This document shows, in pieces, positions 1 through 8,880 of a stretch of DNA of 20,643 nt; position 1 is the first letter of the stretch; every line of letters begins with the position of its first letter. The notes under the pieces were generated by a model that was not told the origin of the DNA, ran no database searches, and worked only from the letters and a program-made list of their open reading frames with translations. Source of the stretch: Spirochaetota bacterium (GTDB lineage: Bacteria > Spirochaetota > UBA4802 > UBA5550); NCBI GenBank assembly GCA_050298055.1, contig JBNKTL010000063.1, positions 1 to 20,643 of the forward strand, written 5' to 3'. A program made the position numbers and the translations under genes.

Positions 1-167
1 TGCCGCTCGGAACCTTTGCGTTTATCAATCAAATCTGACTTTTTCCAGCGCTGTATTGTCCGGACACTGATCCCGAGAAACTTGCTGATGCTCGATAACC
101 GTGCCCCGTTATCCTGAGCTTTTGCTGCTTCCTGGAGGATTGTTCTCTTGGTATCCATATCAATCAT
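1..167 (-). CDS. IS3-family transposase OrfB, N-terminal fragment (partial, runs off window)
   Basis: Manual translation from ATG at 167, overlapping the orfA TGA: MIDMDTKRTILQEAAKAQDNGARLSSISKFLGISVRTIQRWKKSDLIDKRKGSER. It is in the -1 frame relative to orfA and carries an HTH-like 'LGISVRTIQRW'. Confidence 0.75.
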   Translation of the reverse strand, partial: MIDMDTKRTILQEAAKAQDNGARLSSISKFLGISVRTIQRWKKSDLIDKRKGSER

Positions 168-646
168 GCATCCTCGTCGGGAAATAATATCTCCAGTTTT
201 TTTTTCAGGGCCAGTAGTGCTGTTACTTCTGCAAGCGCCTTATCTTTCTTTTCAAGTTCCTTTGCCAGGGCCTTTATCTGTTTTCGTGCCTTCTGGAGCT
301 CCTGTTTTGATATCGGGGCAGAAACTCCTTTAAGGGCATCCTCTATCTCTTTCTTCCAGATGGTTAAGTGAGCTGAATGAAGGCCATTACGCCGAAGCCA
401 CTCTCCTTCTTCTTCCGGGGATAAACCTGCAACTGTAAGCAGAGCCTCTTGTTTTTCCAGGAGAGTCCATTCTTCCGGTGTGCGCTTATAATCAGACATT
501 TCTACATCCTCTTTCAATTGGTTTAACCAGTTATGCAATGTCTGCTGAGAAATGCCAGTATCTTCTGACAATTTTTTAATTGATGGTGGGTTTGGTTGCA
601 GTAATTTTCTTACTGTACTTCGTTTAAATCCTTGTGTATATCTCAT
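164..646 (-). CDS. IS3-family transposase OrfA (HTH)
   Basis: 160 aa, HTH segment 'SIKKLSEDTGISQQTLHNW', C-terminal coiled coil 'KELEKKDKALAEVTALLALKKK', AGGAGG RBS. Confidence 0.85.
   Translation of the reverse strand: MRYTQGFKRSTVRKLLQPNPPSIKKLSEDTGISQQTLHNWLNQLKEDVEMSDYKRTPEEWTLLEKQEALLTVAGLSPEEEGEWLRRNGLHSAHLTIWKKEIEDALKGVSAPISKQELQKARKQIKALAKELEKKDKALAEVTALLALKKKLEILFPDEDA
197..205 (-). promoter_or_regulatory. putative -1 programmed frameshift site (A9) fusing OrfA and OrfB
   Basis: CTG AAA AAA AAA CTG near the end of orfA. The -1 frame is open from here into orfB. Confidence 0.65.
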
Positions 647-687
647 TTTTACCTCCTAATGGAGGCGACATCTTTCCTGACAATAGG

Positions 688-715
688 GGAACTTGGAACT
701 TGGAACCAGAAACTT
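688..715 (+). repeat. short tandem heptamer repeat (GGAACTT, GGAACTT, GGAACCA, GAAACTT)
   Basis: Read directly between the IS end and the stop codon of the cereblon-like gene. Confidence 0.6.
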
Positions 716-718
716 CCC

Positions 719-1159
719 TCACGAAACAATCAAATTCTCAAGAATAAGCCCATAGAAACCGCTGTGGGATGCCTTGTAGCGCCAGCCCAGGTGGCTCCTG
801 CATTTGGAGCAGAGGGCGTAGCTCCACCTGTATCCCGGGAACCAGGTATACTGGACAGTGGGGATCCCGGTCTCATAACAGCCGTCCGCCGAGGAAAAAC
901 AGCCGATGGAATATTCTACCCCCGCGGGGTTCACAAAGGTGTGCCTGTGGTGGCCCTGGACATTGATCTTTGTCTCATAGGGGGTTATGGAATGCCTGCA
1001 GACCTTGCAGAGGAAGAACTTTTTCTCATCCTCGTCTTTCTCCTTCTCATCGCTGTCAACCGCGAGCTCCGCGTCAAAACCGGGGGTCTTTTTAAAAAAA
1101 ACGGTCTGTCCCCTCTTCAGATGAAAACCGGGGAATATGTCGGGATAGCAGATCTCCAT
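719..1159 (-). CDS. cereblon-family (CULT / thalidomide-binding domain, Yippee-like fold) zinc protein
   Basis: CKVC...HTFVNPAG...YTWFPGYRWSYALCSKCRSHLGWRY gives two CxxC motifs plus the tri-Trp pocket. Start moved from 1423 to ATG 1159 because the upstream extension translates intergenic repeats and a promoter lies just upstream of 1159. Confidence 0.85.
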   Translation of the reverse strand: MEICYPDIFPGFHLKRGQTVFFKKTPGFDAELAVDSDEKEKDEDEKKFFLCKVCRHSITPYETKINVQGHHRHTFVNPAGVEYSIGCFSSADGCYETGIPTVQYTWFPGYRWSYALCSKCRSHLGWRYKASHSGFYGLILENLIVS

Positions 1160-1165
1160 GAATTC

Positions 1166-1194
1166 AAGATAACAGGAGATTCCCAAGCTGTCAA
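1166..1194 (-). promoter_or_regulatory. sigma70-type promoter of the cereblon-like gene
   Basis: TTGACA (1194-1189), 17-bp spacer ending in TGT, TATCTT (1171-1166), then 6 nt to the ATG. Confidence 0.65.
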
Positions 1195-1335
1195 TCATAT
1201 CATTATGAAATTTTGAGAAGATTTTATTACCGTGAAGAACACGAAGAATGATAATTGAACCACAAAGGCGCAAAGGGCGCAAAGTTTTTTTATCAACCAC
1301 AACTTCCTTATTCCCCGACCTCCGGAGCCCCCCAT

Positions 1336-1381
1336 CCCCTGAGGGGGCGTAAGATTCAACTCTCTTATGCCCCCTCAGGGG
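1336..1381. repeat. GC-rich intergenic palindrome (REP-like hairpin)
   Basis: CCCCTGAGGGGGCGTAAGA (1336-1354) and TCTTATGCCCCCTCAGGGG (1363-1381) are 18/19 complementary around an 8-nt loop. Confidence 0.75.
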
Positions 1382-1442
1382 GTTAGGGGGTCTTCCGTTG
1401 TGGAGAACCAATTCTTTCTTCACGGATCAACAGGCTTTGTTA

Positions 1443-1471
1443 TTGACAGGAGGTTTATTCTATATTAAAAT
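1443..1471 (+). promoter_or_regulatory. sigma70-type promoter of the epimerase gene
   Basis: TTGACA (1443-1448), 17 bp, TAAAAT (1466-1471). Confidence 0.65.
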
Positions 1472-1518
1472 AAATAATAGTCTTCTGCTATAGAATTATC
1501 CATTTTTGTGAGGTCGCA

Positions 1519-2466
1519 ATGAACATACTGATTACCGGGGGCGCGGGTTTTATCGGGAGCAACGCCGCCCGTTATTTCGCGGAGAAGGGGCACCGGGTTA
1601 CCGTTCTGGACAACCTCCTCTCCGGGTATTATGAAAACATATCCGACCTTGCGGAAGAAAAAAAAATCAGCTACTACCGGGACGATATCCGTAATACCGA
1701 AATCGTGAAGAAGATCGTCACCGGACAGGGGATCGATACCTGTATCAATTACGCGGCGCTCATATCCGTGGCGGAATCAACGGAAAAACCGGAACTCACC
1801 GAGGAGATAAATGTGGGGGGGATCATAAACCTCCTGAAAGTCTGCGGTGAGAACAGGATAAAGACCTTCGTTCACGCCTCATCGGCGGCCGTTTACGGTG
1901 ACAGTGAAGTCCTGCCCAAAGAGGAGGATATGCTGCCCGAGCCGAAATCACCCTACGCGGTTTCCAAACTGGCCGGCGAATACTACAACCGCTACTTCGC
2001 GGGAATCCACGGTTTCACGGCCATAAACTGCAGGTTCTTCAATGTTTTCGGTCCCCGGCAGGACCCCGGGTCCCAGTACGCCGCAGCCATACCCATATTT
2101 ATCCGGAGGGCGCTCACGGAAAAGGATATTACCATATTCGGTGACGGTGAGCAGGTAAGGGATTTCATCTACGTGGAAGACCTTGTTTCTGCCATCGCTT
2201 ACCTCATGGAGAACAGCACCCGGTTCCCGTCGGGTTCGGTCTTTAACCTGGGGTACGGGGAGTACATCTCTATCAATGAACTGGTAAAAAAGATCCTTGC
2301 CGCCACCGGTTCCGGATCAAAGGTGGTTTATGATGACCCGCGGCCGGGCGACATTAAGCTCTCATACGCCTCCGTTAAAAAACTTCTGGGCCTGGGGTGG
2401 AAGAAAACCACCGGTTTTGAGAAGGGGCTTGAAAAAACCCTGGAGTGGTTCGGGACCTTGGTTTAA
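1519..2466 (+). CDS. NAD-dependent nucleotide-sugar 4-epimerase (GalE/WbpP/PelX-like)
   Basis: TGGAGFIG Rossmann motif, SSAAVYG, YAVSK catalytic motif, 'RFFNVFGPRQDP..YAAAIP', 'FGDGEQVRDFIYV'. GAGG RBS. Confidence 0.9.
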   Translation: MNILITGGAGFIGSNAARYFAEKGHRVTVLDNLLSGYYENISDLAEEKKISYYRDDIRNTEIVKKIVTGQGIDTCINYAALISVAESTEKPELTEEINVGGIINLLKVCGENRIKTFVHASSAAVYGDSEVLPKEEDMLPEPKSPYAVSKLAGEYYNRYFAGIHGFTAINCRFFNVFGPRQDPGSQYAAAIPIFIRRALTEKDITIFGDGEQVRDFIYVEDLVSAIAYLMENSTRFPSGSVFNLGYGEYISINELVKKILAATGSGSKVVYDDPRPGDIKLSYASVKKLLGLGWKKTTGFEKGLEKTLEWFGTLV

Positions 2467-2534
2467 AATTAATACTTGCAAAAATCCAAGAAGAAAAATG
2501 GAATACCCATTAATTTAATTCAGGCAGAACTGCA

Positions 2535-3422
2535 ATGACCCAGGACAAATTCGGTGCAATAAAAGAAATTCCCATTATGCCGCAGGTGGCCACCAGGATA
2601 CTCCAGATGCAGGAGGACAACCTGGAGATCAGCTTCAAGGAGCTGGAGAATATCGTCCTCCTGGACCCCGCCCTCACAGCCAAGATCCTTAAAGTCGCCA
2701 ATTCGGCCCTCTACGCCCGGCAGAGGGAGATAACCAATCTGCAGCAGGCAATTTCCCTCCTGGGATTCAAGACCATTAAAAGCCTGGTCCTCCTGGTATG
2801 CGCCTCCAACATGTATGGAAAGCCGGGGAAAAAATCGGGAGTGAAGTTCAATGTATCCGAATCCAAATCGTCCGAGGTTGTTATGTGGAAGCACCTGGTC
2901 CTCACGGCATTTGTTTCACGATACCTTGCCACACGGCTCAACGCGGAGGATATAAAGGAGAACATCTTTATCGCGGGACTCCTTCACGATATCGGAAGGA
3001 TCGTTTACATAATGAACGAACCGGGTAAATACGATGAATTTTTGAAGATCTTGAGCAATGAACCCGATGTTGATGTCATCGCCGTGGAAGAAAAAATATT
3101 CGGCGCCCACCACGGAGAAGTGGGCAAAATGGTGTTTCAGAAGTGGAACTTCCCCGATGAATTTATCCATACCATAGCTCAGCACCACTCCATGCACGTT
3201 GACTCGCCCCACAGGAAGATGGTGGAGATCGTGGGACTGGCAAACCTCTACGCGCGGATACTCAACCGGGAGCCCTTCTCGGAGCAGGACAGGCAGCTGA
3301 AAGAAGCCTTCGCGAAATCACTCTCGGTGACAGATGACATTGATGAATACATCAACAGCAGCTTCATGAAAGACATCGAAGAGGACGAGCTCTATCTCAT
3401 GTGTTCATCCCTGGGGAAATAA
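2535..3422 (+). CDS. HDOD domain protein
   Basis: 'IPIMPQVA', 'DPALTAKILKVANSALY', 'AISLLG', 'AGLLHDIGR', 'EEKIFGAHHGEVG...WNFP...IAQHH'. Confidence 0.9.
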   Translation: MTQDKFGAIKEIPIMPQVATRILQMQEDNLEISFKELENIVLLDPALTAKILKVANSALYARQREITNLQQAISLLGFKTIKSLVLLVCASNMYGKPGKKSGVKFNVSESKSSEVVMWKHLVLTAFVSRYLATRLNAEDIKENIFIAGLLHDIGRIVYIMNEPGKYDEFLKILSNEPDVDVIAVEEKIFGAHHGEVGKMVFQKWNFPDEFIHTIAQHHSMHVDSPHRKMVEIVGLANLYARILNREPFSEQDRQLKEAFAKSLSVTDDIDEYINSSFMKDIEEDELYLMCSSLGK

Positions 3423-3469
3423 AGTTTTCTTATCCCCCTTTTTACACATCTTTTCAACGCCTAATTCTT

Positions 3470-4843
3470 TTATCGCCTGTTAAAGACAATGTAATCAATC
3501 AGGGGGACTTTTTTTATGAGGACAACTCCCGTGTAGAGGGACGAGAGAAGGGCCCCCAGCAGGTAACTGAGCCCCGGCAGTTTCACCCCCAGGGAGAGGA
3601 AGAGAATTGTCAGGAGCACGCTCCCCCCCAGGTAGATCACCGTTGAGACCACCGCCTCAACCCTGAATTCCAGGTAGAGCAGGTATATCTGTGTTGTCAG
3701 GGAAATCATATGAAAAAACACGGCGGTAAAAAGAACATTTACCACAAGGGTATCCACGCTGCCGTAACCCATAAAGGCGAGAAACTTTTCCGTGTTAAGA
3801 AGGAGCCCCACGGTCCAGACACCCTGAAAGAGGACCAGCTGTCCCAGGCCCCGCTTCAGGCTCCCGATCATCTCCCTTTTATTATAATCTATCCTTTCAA
3901 GATTGTCCGAGAGGATGTTCTTCATAAAGGTAAAGTACGCGGTGTGAAAAACCGGTTCGCTTATCACCAGGAAGTAAACCAGTCCCGGGATCATGGACAT
4001 GAACGCCAGGAAGACGGGAATGTCATAGACGATGAAGTACCTGTAGAGGGTCCCCTCAATCTTCTCGCCCACTGCTATCCAGTAGATGATCTTGTCCGCC
4101 CATATGGCCGCGTTGAAGAAAGTCCCCAGGGCAAAGAGGTAACTGAACTTCTTAAAGTATTTAAGCATATCACGGTTGATGCCCGGCTTCTTTACGGGAT
4201 AGGACTTGAGGGAGATGGTAATGAGAAGAACAACAATGAGAAACTGTCCCAGCCCGTAGCCCAGGACCGCCCCCGCGACACCATACTCTCCCCCGAAAAA
4301 GGCGACCCCTGAAACGGACCCCGCCACACCGGCGAGATAGGCAAAGAATATTTTGTTGTACTCTTTCAAAAGGCTCACATAGACCAGCATGACCCAGATG
4401 ATATTGGCGGTCACGAAGAGGAACCCCAGGGAACAGACGTAGAGGTTGGGATATTTTAACATGCTGAAATCATTGAACAGGAAAAAAAGAAGAGAGACGG
4501 CCGTTGAGACCAGGACAACAATTCCTATTGCGGTAAGGAGCGCGGTGGGAATGGACTCCTTCTCCTCAATGTAGAGCATATCGGCAATATACCGGGAAAA
4601 AACATAGTGCACTCCCCCGAAGAGGACCAGGGAAAAGGCGTAGACATAGACGATGGATACCGTAAAAAGCGCCGGGTTTTCCGATATGGCAACATGGGCA
4701 TATTTCTGGATGAAGTAGATACTGAGAACAGAGAGTATCCAGGGCCCCGCCACAATGACCGCGCCGAGAAAAAAAACCTTGAAGAGGGAGCTTACCGTCC
4801 CCTTGTGGAGTATCCTGTAGAGTTCAAATCCTATACCGGCCAT
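3470..4843 (-). CDS. pelG: Pel polysaccharide transporter PelG (MOP-superfamily membrane protein)
   Basis: Hallmark N-terminus MAGIGFEL, 'AGPW', 'SRYIADMLY', 'IWADK', 'YDIPVFLA', about 12 hydrophobic segments, downstream of pelF. Confidence 0.93.
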   Translation of the reverse strand: MAGIGFELYRILHKGTVSSLFKVFFLGAVIVAGPWILSVLSIYFIQKYAHVAISENPALFTVSIVYVYAFSLVLFGGVHYVFSRYIADMLYIEEKESIPTALLTAIGIVVLVSTAVSLLFFLFNDFSMLKYPNLYVCSLGFLFVTANIIWVMLVYVSLLKEYNKIFFAYLAGVAGSVSGVAFFGGEYGVAGAVLGYGLGQFLIVVLLITISLKSYPVKKPGINRDMLKYFKKFSYLFALGTFFNAAIWADKIIYWIAVGEKIEGTLYRYFIVYDIPVFLAFMSMIPGLVYFLVISEPVFHTAYFTFMKNILSDNLERIDYNKREMIGSLKRGLGQLVLFQGVWTVGLLLNTEKFLAFMGYGSVDTLVVNVLFTAVFFHMISLTTQIYLLYLEFRVEAVVSTVIYLGGSVLLTILFLSLGVKLPGLSYLLGALLSSLYTGVVLIKKVPLIDYIVFNRR

Positions 4844-4852
4844 ATTATTCCC

Positions 4853-6253
4853 TTATTCCGCCCCATGGATATATTTATTATAAAGATCCGAATAGGTCCT
4901 GATCAGGTCTTTCTTGTTATAGTATTTCAGGACCTTGTCGCGGTTCTTCCTCACAAGCTTCTCATGGTATTCCCTGTTCCGGGAGAGTTCGAGTATCCCC
5001 CGGGCAAGCTTTTCCGAGTCCTTGGGGTCTGCCAGGAGCGTCTCATCATAATCGAGCATCTCGGGGACATTCCCCACGCGGGTTGAGACCACCGGTATTC
5101 CCGCGGCATAGGCCTCAAGGATAACAAGGGGCTGCGCCTCCCTGATGCTGGAGAGTACCATGACATCAAGAAACGAGTAATACTCCCTGACGTCGGCCCT
5201 CCCGGTGAAGATAACGCGCTCCTCCAGCTTAAAGTTGGCTACCAGCTGCGAGCACTCCTCCATGTAGTTTTCATCCTCATCCTGGGGCCCGATGATATAG
5301 AACTTTACCCTCTCCATCTCTTCCCACACGATCCTGGCGGCAATGATGAAGTTCTTAACGTCCTTTATGGGGACAACCCTTCCCACAAAGCCAACGGAAA
5401 AGTCTTCCTTCTTCTCCTGTTTCAGGTCAAGGAACCTGTCAATGTCGATCCCGTTGGGAATGACCATGGTCTTTTCACGGGCCGCTCCCTGTGAAATCTG
5501 TATGTTCCTGTTGTGTTCAAAAAGCGATATTGTCAGGTCGGAGTAATCATATGTTATCCTGCTCAGGTCGTTAAATATATTTATCCAGAGGTCACGCTGG
5601 TAGCCCTTTACCCAGGTGGCCCGCTTGATGTCGATCTCTCTCTCCTTGTTGTAGAGCCCGTGTTCCGTGAGGATGACCGGTTTCTTACGGACGATCTTTG
5701 CCACGGCCGCGGAGAGCCCCGCGTACCCGGTTGAGATGGTATGATAGAGGTCCGCCTCCGGTATCTCCCACGTGAGGATTTTGAAGAGGTATTCATGGGA
5801 CGCTATCCAGGACCAGTAGTAGTCGGAAAAGGGGTAAAGGGGATTGTGGAGGTTCCCGTAGTGACCGGCCATCTTCCAGCTCTCCCTGTGCCCGATAAGT
5901 TTCTCATGGGAATACCTGTTCGCCTGCATCTGTTCGACAATCCACCGGAAGTTTTCGAAATCCGCCTTCATGAAGTTTTCATGTACCGGTTTTATCTTTT
6001 CAAAAAATTCCCGGTCAACGTTATTTTTTGTGTTATGCGATGGTCCGGTGAGAAAACGGTCAACAAGGCCGATAACATTGTCCGGGAACCTGTACTTGAC
6101 TTCGTTCTCCTCTCCCGCGGATATTGCGTAGAGAATAAAATCGAAATCGGAACACCCTGAAATAATATCCTGCACCCAGGCTGAGACGCCCCCTGTTATA
6201 TAGGGGTACGAACCCTCGGTAATAATGCATATCTTCTTCCGGGGACCTGCCAT
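4853..6253 (-). CDS. pelF: GT4 glycosyltransferase PelF
   Basis: 'EGSYPYITGGVSAW', 'HTISTGYAG', 'LTEHGLY..ER', 'GRVVPIKDVK', 'SIREAQPLVILEA'. ATG at 6253 preferred over TTG at 6268. Confidence 0.93.
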   Translation of the reverse strand: MAGPRKKICIITEGSYPYITGGVSAWVQDIISGCSDFDFILYAISAGEENEVKYRFPDNVIGLVDRFLTGPSHNTKNNVDREFFEKIKPVHENFMKADFENFRWIVEQMQANRYSHEKLIGHRESWKMAGHYGNLHNPLYPFSDYYWSWIASHEYLFKILTWEIPEADLYHTISTGYAGLSAAVAKIVRKKPVILTEHGLYNKEREIDIKRATWVKGYQRDLWINIFNDLSRITYDYSDLTISLFEHNRNIQISQGAAREKTMVIPNGIDIDRFLDLKQEKKEDFSVGFVGRVVPIKDVKNFIIAARIVWEEMERVKFYIIGPQDEDENYMEECSQLVANFKLEERVIFTGRADVREYYSFLDVMVLSSIREAQPLVILEAYAAGIPVVSTRVGNVPEMLDYDETLLADPKDSEKLARGILELSRNREYHEKLVRKNRDKVLKYYNKKDLIRTYSDLYNKYIHGAE

Positions 6254-6260
6254 TATCTTT

Positions 6261-7106
6261 TCACACAATCCACTGGTATACCATCATTTCTGTTGATTCA
6301 TCCATCCCCTCCAGCATCTCTCCGTGCCGGTCAAAGAGGTCCTTTATCTTTTCATACTCACCGGAATAGAAGTAGCACTCGGCGATCATCATCAGGGACT
6401 CCCTGTCGCTGCCATCCTCGGTAAAAAGATACCGGAAAATCCTCAGCGCCTTGTTATACTCTCCCAGCAGCATATAGACCTCACCGATGGGCCTCAGGAT
6501 ACGGGGATTGCCGCTGTTTAGCCTGTTCGCCTTTTCAAAATAGTCCAGCGACTCCTGCAGGTAGAAGTTCCTGATCAGGGCCTGTCCCTCCAGGAGCCTC
6601 ACAAACCTCAGGTAGAGTATTCCCAGGTTGTAGAGGAGCACCTCTTCCACACCCTTCCCATGGGCGAGCTTCTCCTTGAGATTCTGGATCTTCTGAATGT
6701 AGCTGTTCTCGATGGTATTCAGGCCCTCGGCGGCATAGAGGGCGATTTCCGGGTTGGGGTCTTTGATCATGTTCCGGAGTATTTTTACGGAATGGGGCGT
6801 CGGCCTGAGAGAAAGCTTCTGCTGGGAAAAGAGCCGGGTGACCTCGTCCAGGTCCTGTGCTTCGTCAACAAGGGGACGGAGTGATGTGGCCATCTCGATA
6901 TAGAATTCAATCCCGATAAGCCCCTCCGAAAATGCCTTCCTGAGCCCCCGCTGGGTCTTGGGCATATAGGTCTCCTTCTTCTCTGCTCTCCTGTAAAAAT
7001 CGAAGGGATCATCATGGGAGAAAAGGCTCTCCCCGGAAGCCTTATCATCTCCGGGGACCTCCTCACCTGTTCTGAACGCGCCGAAAATTTTTTCCCTGTA
7101 ACCCAT
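6261..7106 (-). CDS. pelE: PelE-like HEAT/TPR protein
   Basis: Lies between pelD and pelF. 'ILRNMIKDPNPEIALYAAEGLNTIE' HEAT-like motif followed by TPRs. No N-terminal TM helices are visible. Confidence 0.7.
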   Translation of the reverse strand: MGYREKIFGAFRTGEEVPGDDKASGESLFSHDDPFDFYRRAEKKETYMPKTQRGLRKAFSEGLIGIEFYIEMATSLRPLVDEAQDLDEVTRLFSQQKLSLRPTPHSVKILRNMIKDPNPEIALYAAEGLNTIENSYIQKIQNLKEKLAHGKGVEEVLLYNLGILYLRFVRLLEGQALIRNFYLQESLDYFEKANRLNSGNPRILRPIGEVYMLLGEYNKALRIFRYLFTEDGSDRESLMMIAECYFYSGEYEKIKDLFDRHGEMLEGMDESTEMMVYQWIV

Positions 7107-7111
7107 GGAAC

Positions 7112-8569
7112 CTATATCTTCTGCATCTCCAGCAGGTTCTCCGCAAGCATGATAAGATCATCCGCTGAATTGTGGTTTTCCCTGAGGCTGCTGTAGCCCA
7201 GGATTATCTCGGGAACGACAGCCTCTTCCTTAAGGGAATATTTGTTTGCCCCGTGCTTTTCCAGCAGGGAGAGACAGAACATGGCGGCGCCGTCATAGTC
7301 CATGCTGGGAAGAATTATCGCGAACTGGAAGGTCTCCTTGTACTGGAAGTTAATGGCGTGCCCCTGTGAGACCTTGACGACCATATCGGAAATCTCCCTA
7401 ATCAATGAGAGAACATCCTTATCCGAATACCTTTCAAGGAGTTCAGTTGCATTATTCAGCTCCACCAGGACAAGTGAAAGGGGCAGATTTGTATTGCGCG
7501 CGGTCTTAAACTCCTCGGAAAGAACAACAAACATCTCGTTGATTGACTGAAGCCGTGTAACCGGGTGGACCTCACCCTCCTTGGTAAGCTTCCCGAACCT
7601 GATGGCGTTCCCCACCATGGGGGCTGCAAGGTCGGATATCATGACAATGAGCTGCTCGGAATAGAGATTGTATTTCACAAAGGGCATCTCCTCGATATTG
7701 ATGACTCCCCATACCCTGTTCTCTATGGTAACCGGGACCGTGATGAGACTCTGCTTGTTGTCCAGCTCCTTCAGGTTGGCATACTTGTGGAGCATTTTAA
7801 CAGAGAAGAGCGCGTTGTTCCGGGCAACCCATCCGATAAGGTTGTCCTTGTCGGAAATTGTGTTTCCTTCGTTTTTCTCCGGGCCGCTCCAGCCGTGTGA
7901 GGAGAGCAGCCCCAGTTCATGCTGCTCCCTCCGGTATTCCCAGAGTGAGCATTTCCCTGCCCCGGAAAACTTGATCACGGCCTCCACTATATTCTCATAG
8001 ATGCTCTCCAGGTCCAGTGAGTTCAGGGTCACCAGGGTTGAATAAAGAGAGATAAGTGAATTCTGCTGCCCCAGTATCCTGTCCTGGTACTCTTCATTCA
8101 CAAGGACCACGGATTTCAGTTCGCTCTCCAGCCTGCTGTTCTCCTTTTCAAGGAGCTTTCTTTCAGACTTGAGCTTTGCCACATTCACACCCAGTGAATC
8201 GCGTATCTCACCAAGTACCATGGACACGATTATTCCCGTGAAGAGAAACTCCATTAATGCCCCGTACCCGATTCCGGAAAAAAAAGCGGTAAATGAACCG
8301 GCAGGAGAACCGGAACTCCCGGGTATAAGAGAAAAAAGCAAAACAATCATAAATCCTGAAATTGTGAGCAGGAGGGAGAAGATTCCCGAAATCTTCCCAT
8401 AATATGAAGCAAAGAATATGATAATAAAGAGGTAGGGATTATACCTGCTTCCCAGGAACCCCGTATCACCCGGATAATAAAAGAGATTAATCACAGCCAC
8501 AACCGCCACTGCGATAATTATCTCCAGGGGATGGACCCGTTTAAAAAATTCCGCTGTTTTTGCTACCAT
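7112..8569 (-). CDS. pelD: PelD-like protein (N-terminal TMs, coiled coil, GAF, degenerate GGDEF)
   Basis: About 4 hydrophobic segments with 'YNPY...ASYYG', GAF ('LIGWVA...VPV...VWGVINIEEMPF'), GGDEF-like tail ('HPVTRL', 'PLSLVLVEL', 'FAIILP'). First gene of the pelDEFG run. Confidence 0.8.
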   Translation of the reverse strand: MVAKTAEFFKRVHPLEIIIAVAVVAVINLFYYPGDTGFLGSRYNPYLFIIIFFASYYGKISGIFSLLLTISGFMIVLLFSLIPGSSGSPAGSFTAFFSGIGYGALMEFLFTGIIVSMVLGEIRDSLGVNVAKLKSERKLLEKENSRLESELKSVVLVNEEYQDRILGQQNSLISLYSTLVTLNSLDLESIYENIVEAVIKFSGAGKCSLWEYRREQHELGLLSSHGWSGPEKNEGNTISDKDNLIGWVARNNALFSVKMLHKYANLKELDNKQSLITVPVTIENRVWGVINIEEMPFVKYNLYSEQLIVMISDLAAPMVGNAIRFGKLTKEGEVHPVTRLQSINEMFVVLSEEFKTARNTNLPLSLVLVELNNATELLERYSDKDVLSLIREISDMVVKVSQGHAINFQYKETFQFAIILPSMDYDGAAMFCLSLLEKHGANKYSLKEEAVVPEIILGYSSLRENHNSADDLIMLAENLLEMQKI

Positions 8570-8880
8570 TACTCTGAGCCAAACCTGTCTGAACCGCTTA
8601 AATAGCTTTTTTTCTAAATTTTTTCTTTATTAATAATGATTAAAATATTATATTTAACGCATTATACGCATAACACTATTTTATATATCGGAATTATCTC
8701 TTTATATATAAAATCTGTTATTACTTAGTTATATGAATAAAATTATGTACTTTCAAAAAATATCAACAATATCCAGGGACGGGGGATATACCAGGTATCT
8801 TTTTTTGTTAAAGATGATCATTCTTATGCATAGCTGAGCAATAACTCAAATCTCTTATTTATACTATATGAGGATTATTT
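8570..8880. promoter_or_regulatory. AT-rich divergent promoter region between pelD and the export/deacetylase operon
   Basis: Very AT-rich 311-bp gap between head-to-head genes. GAGGA RBS precedes 8881. Individual promoter boxes were not resolved. Confidence 0.55.

Larger units (their letters stand above)
1..682 (-). mobile_element. IS3-family insertion sequence, left end (truncated by window start)
   Basis: orfA/orfB pair with ATGA overlap and an A9 slippery run. Candidate terminal IR TGTCAGGAAAGATGTCGC (minus strand, 682-665) lies just upstream of the AGGAGG RBS of orfA. The right end is outside the window. Confidence 0.8.

Noticed and set aside
632..1216. 194-aa plus-strand ORF, and the many other short antisense ORFs across the pel and export genes
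   Set aside because: These are shadow ORFs opposite well-supported genes, with no recognisable motifs.
1160..1423. N-terminal 88 aa of the 234-aa ORF 719..1423
   Set aside because: It translates intergenic palindromes and contains the gene's own consensus promoter, so the start was reassigned to 1159.
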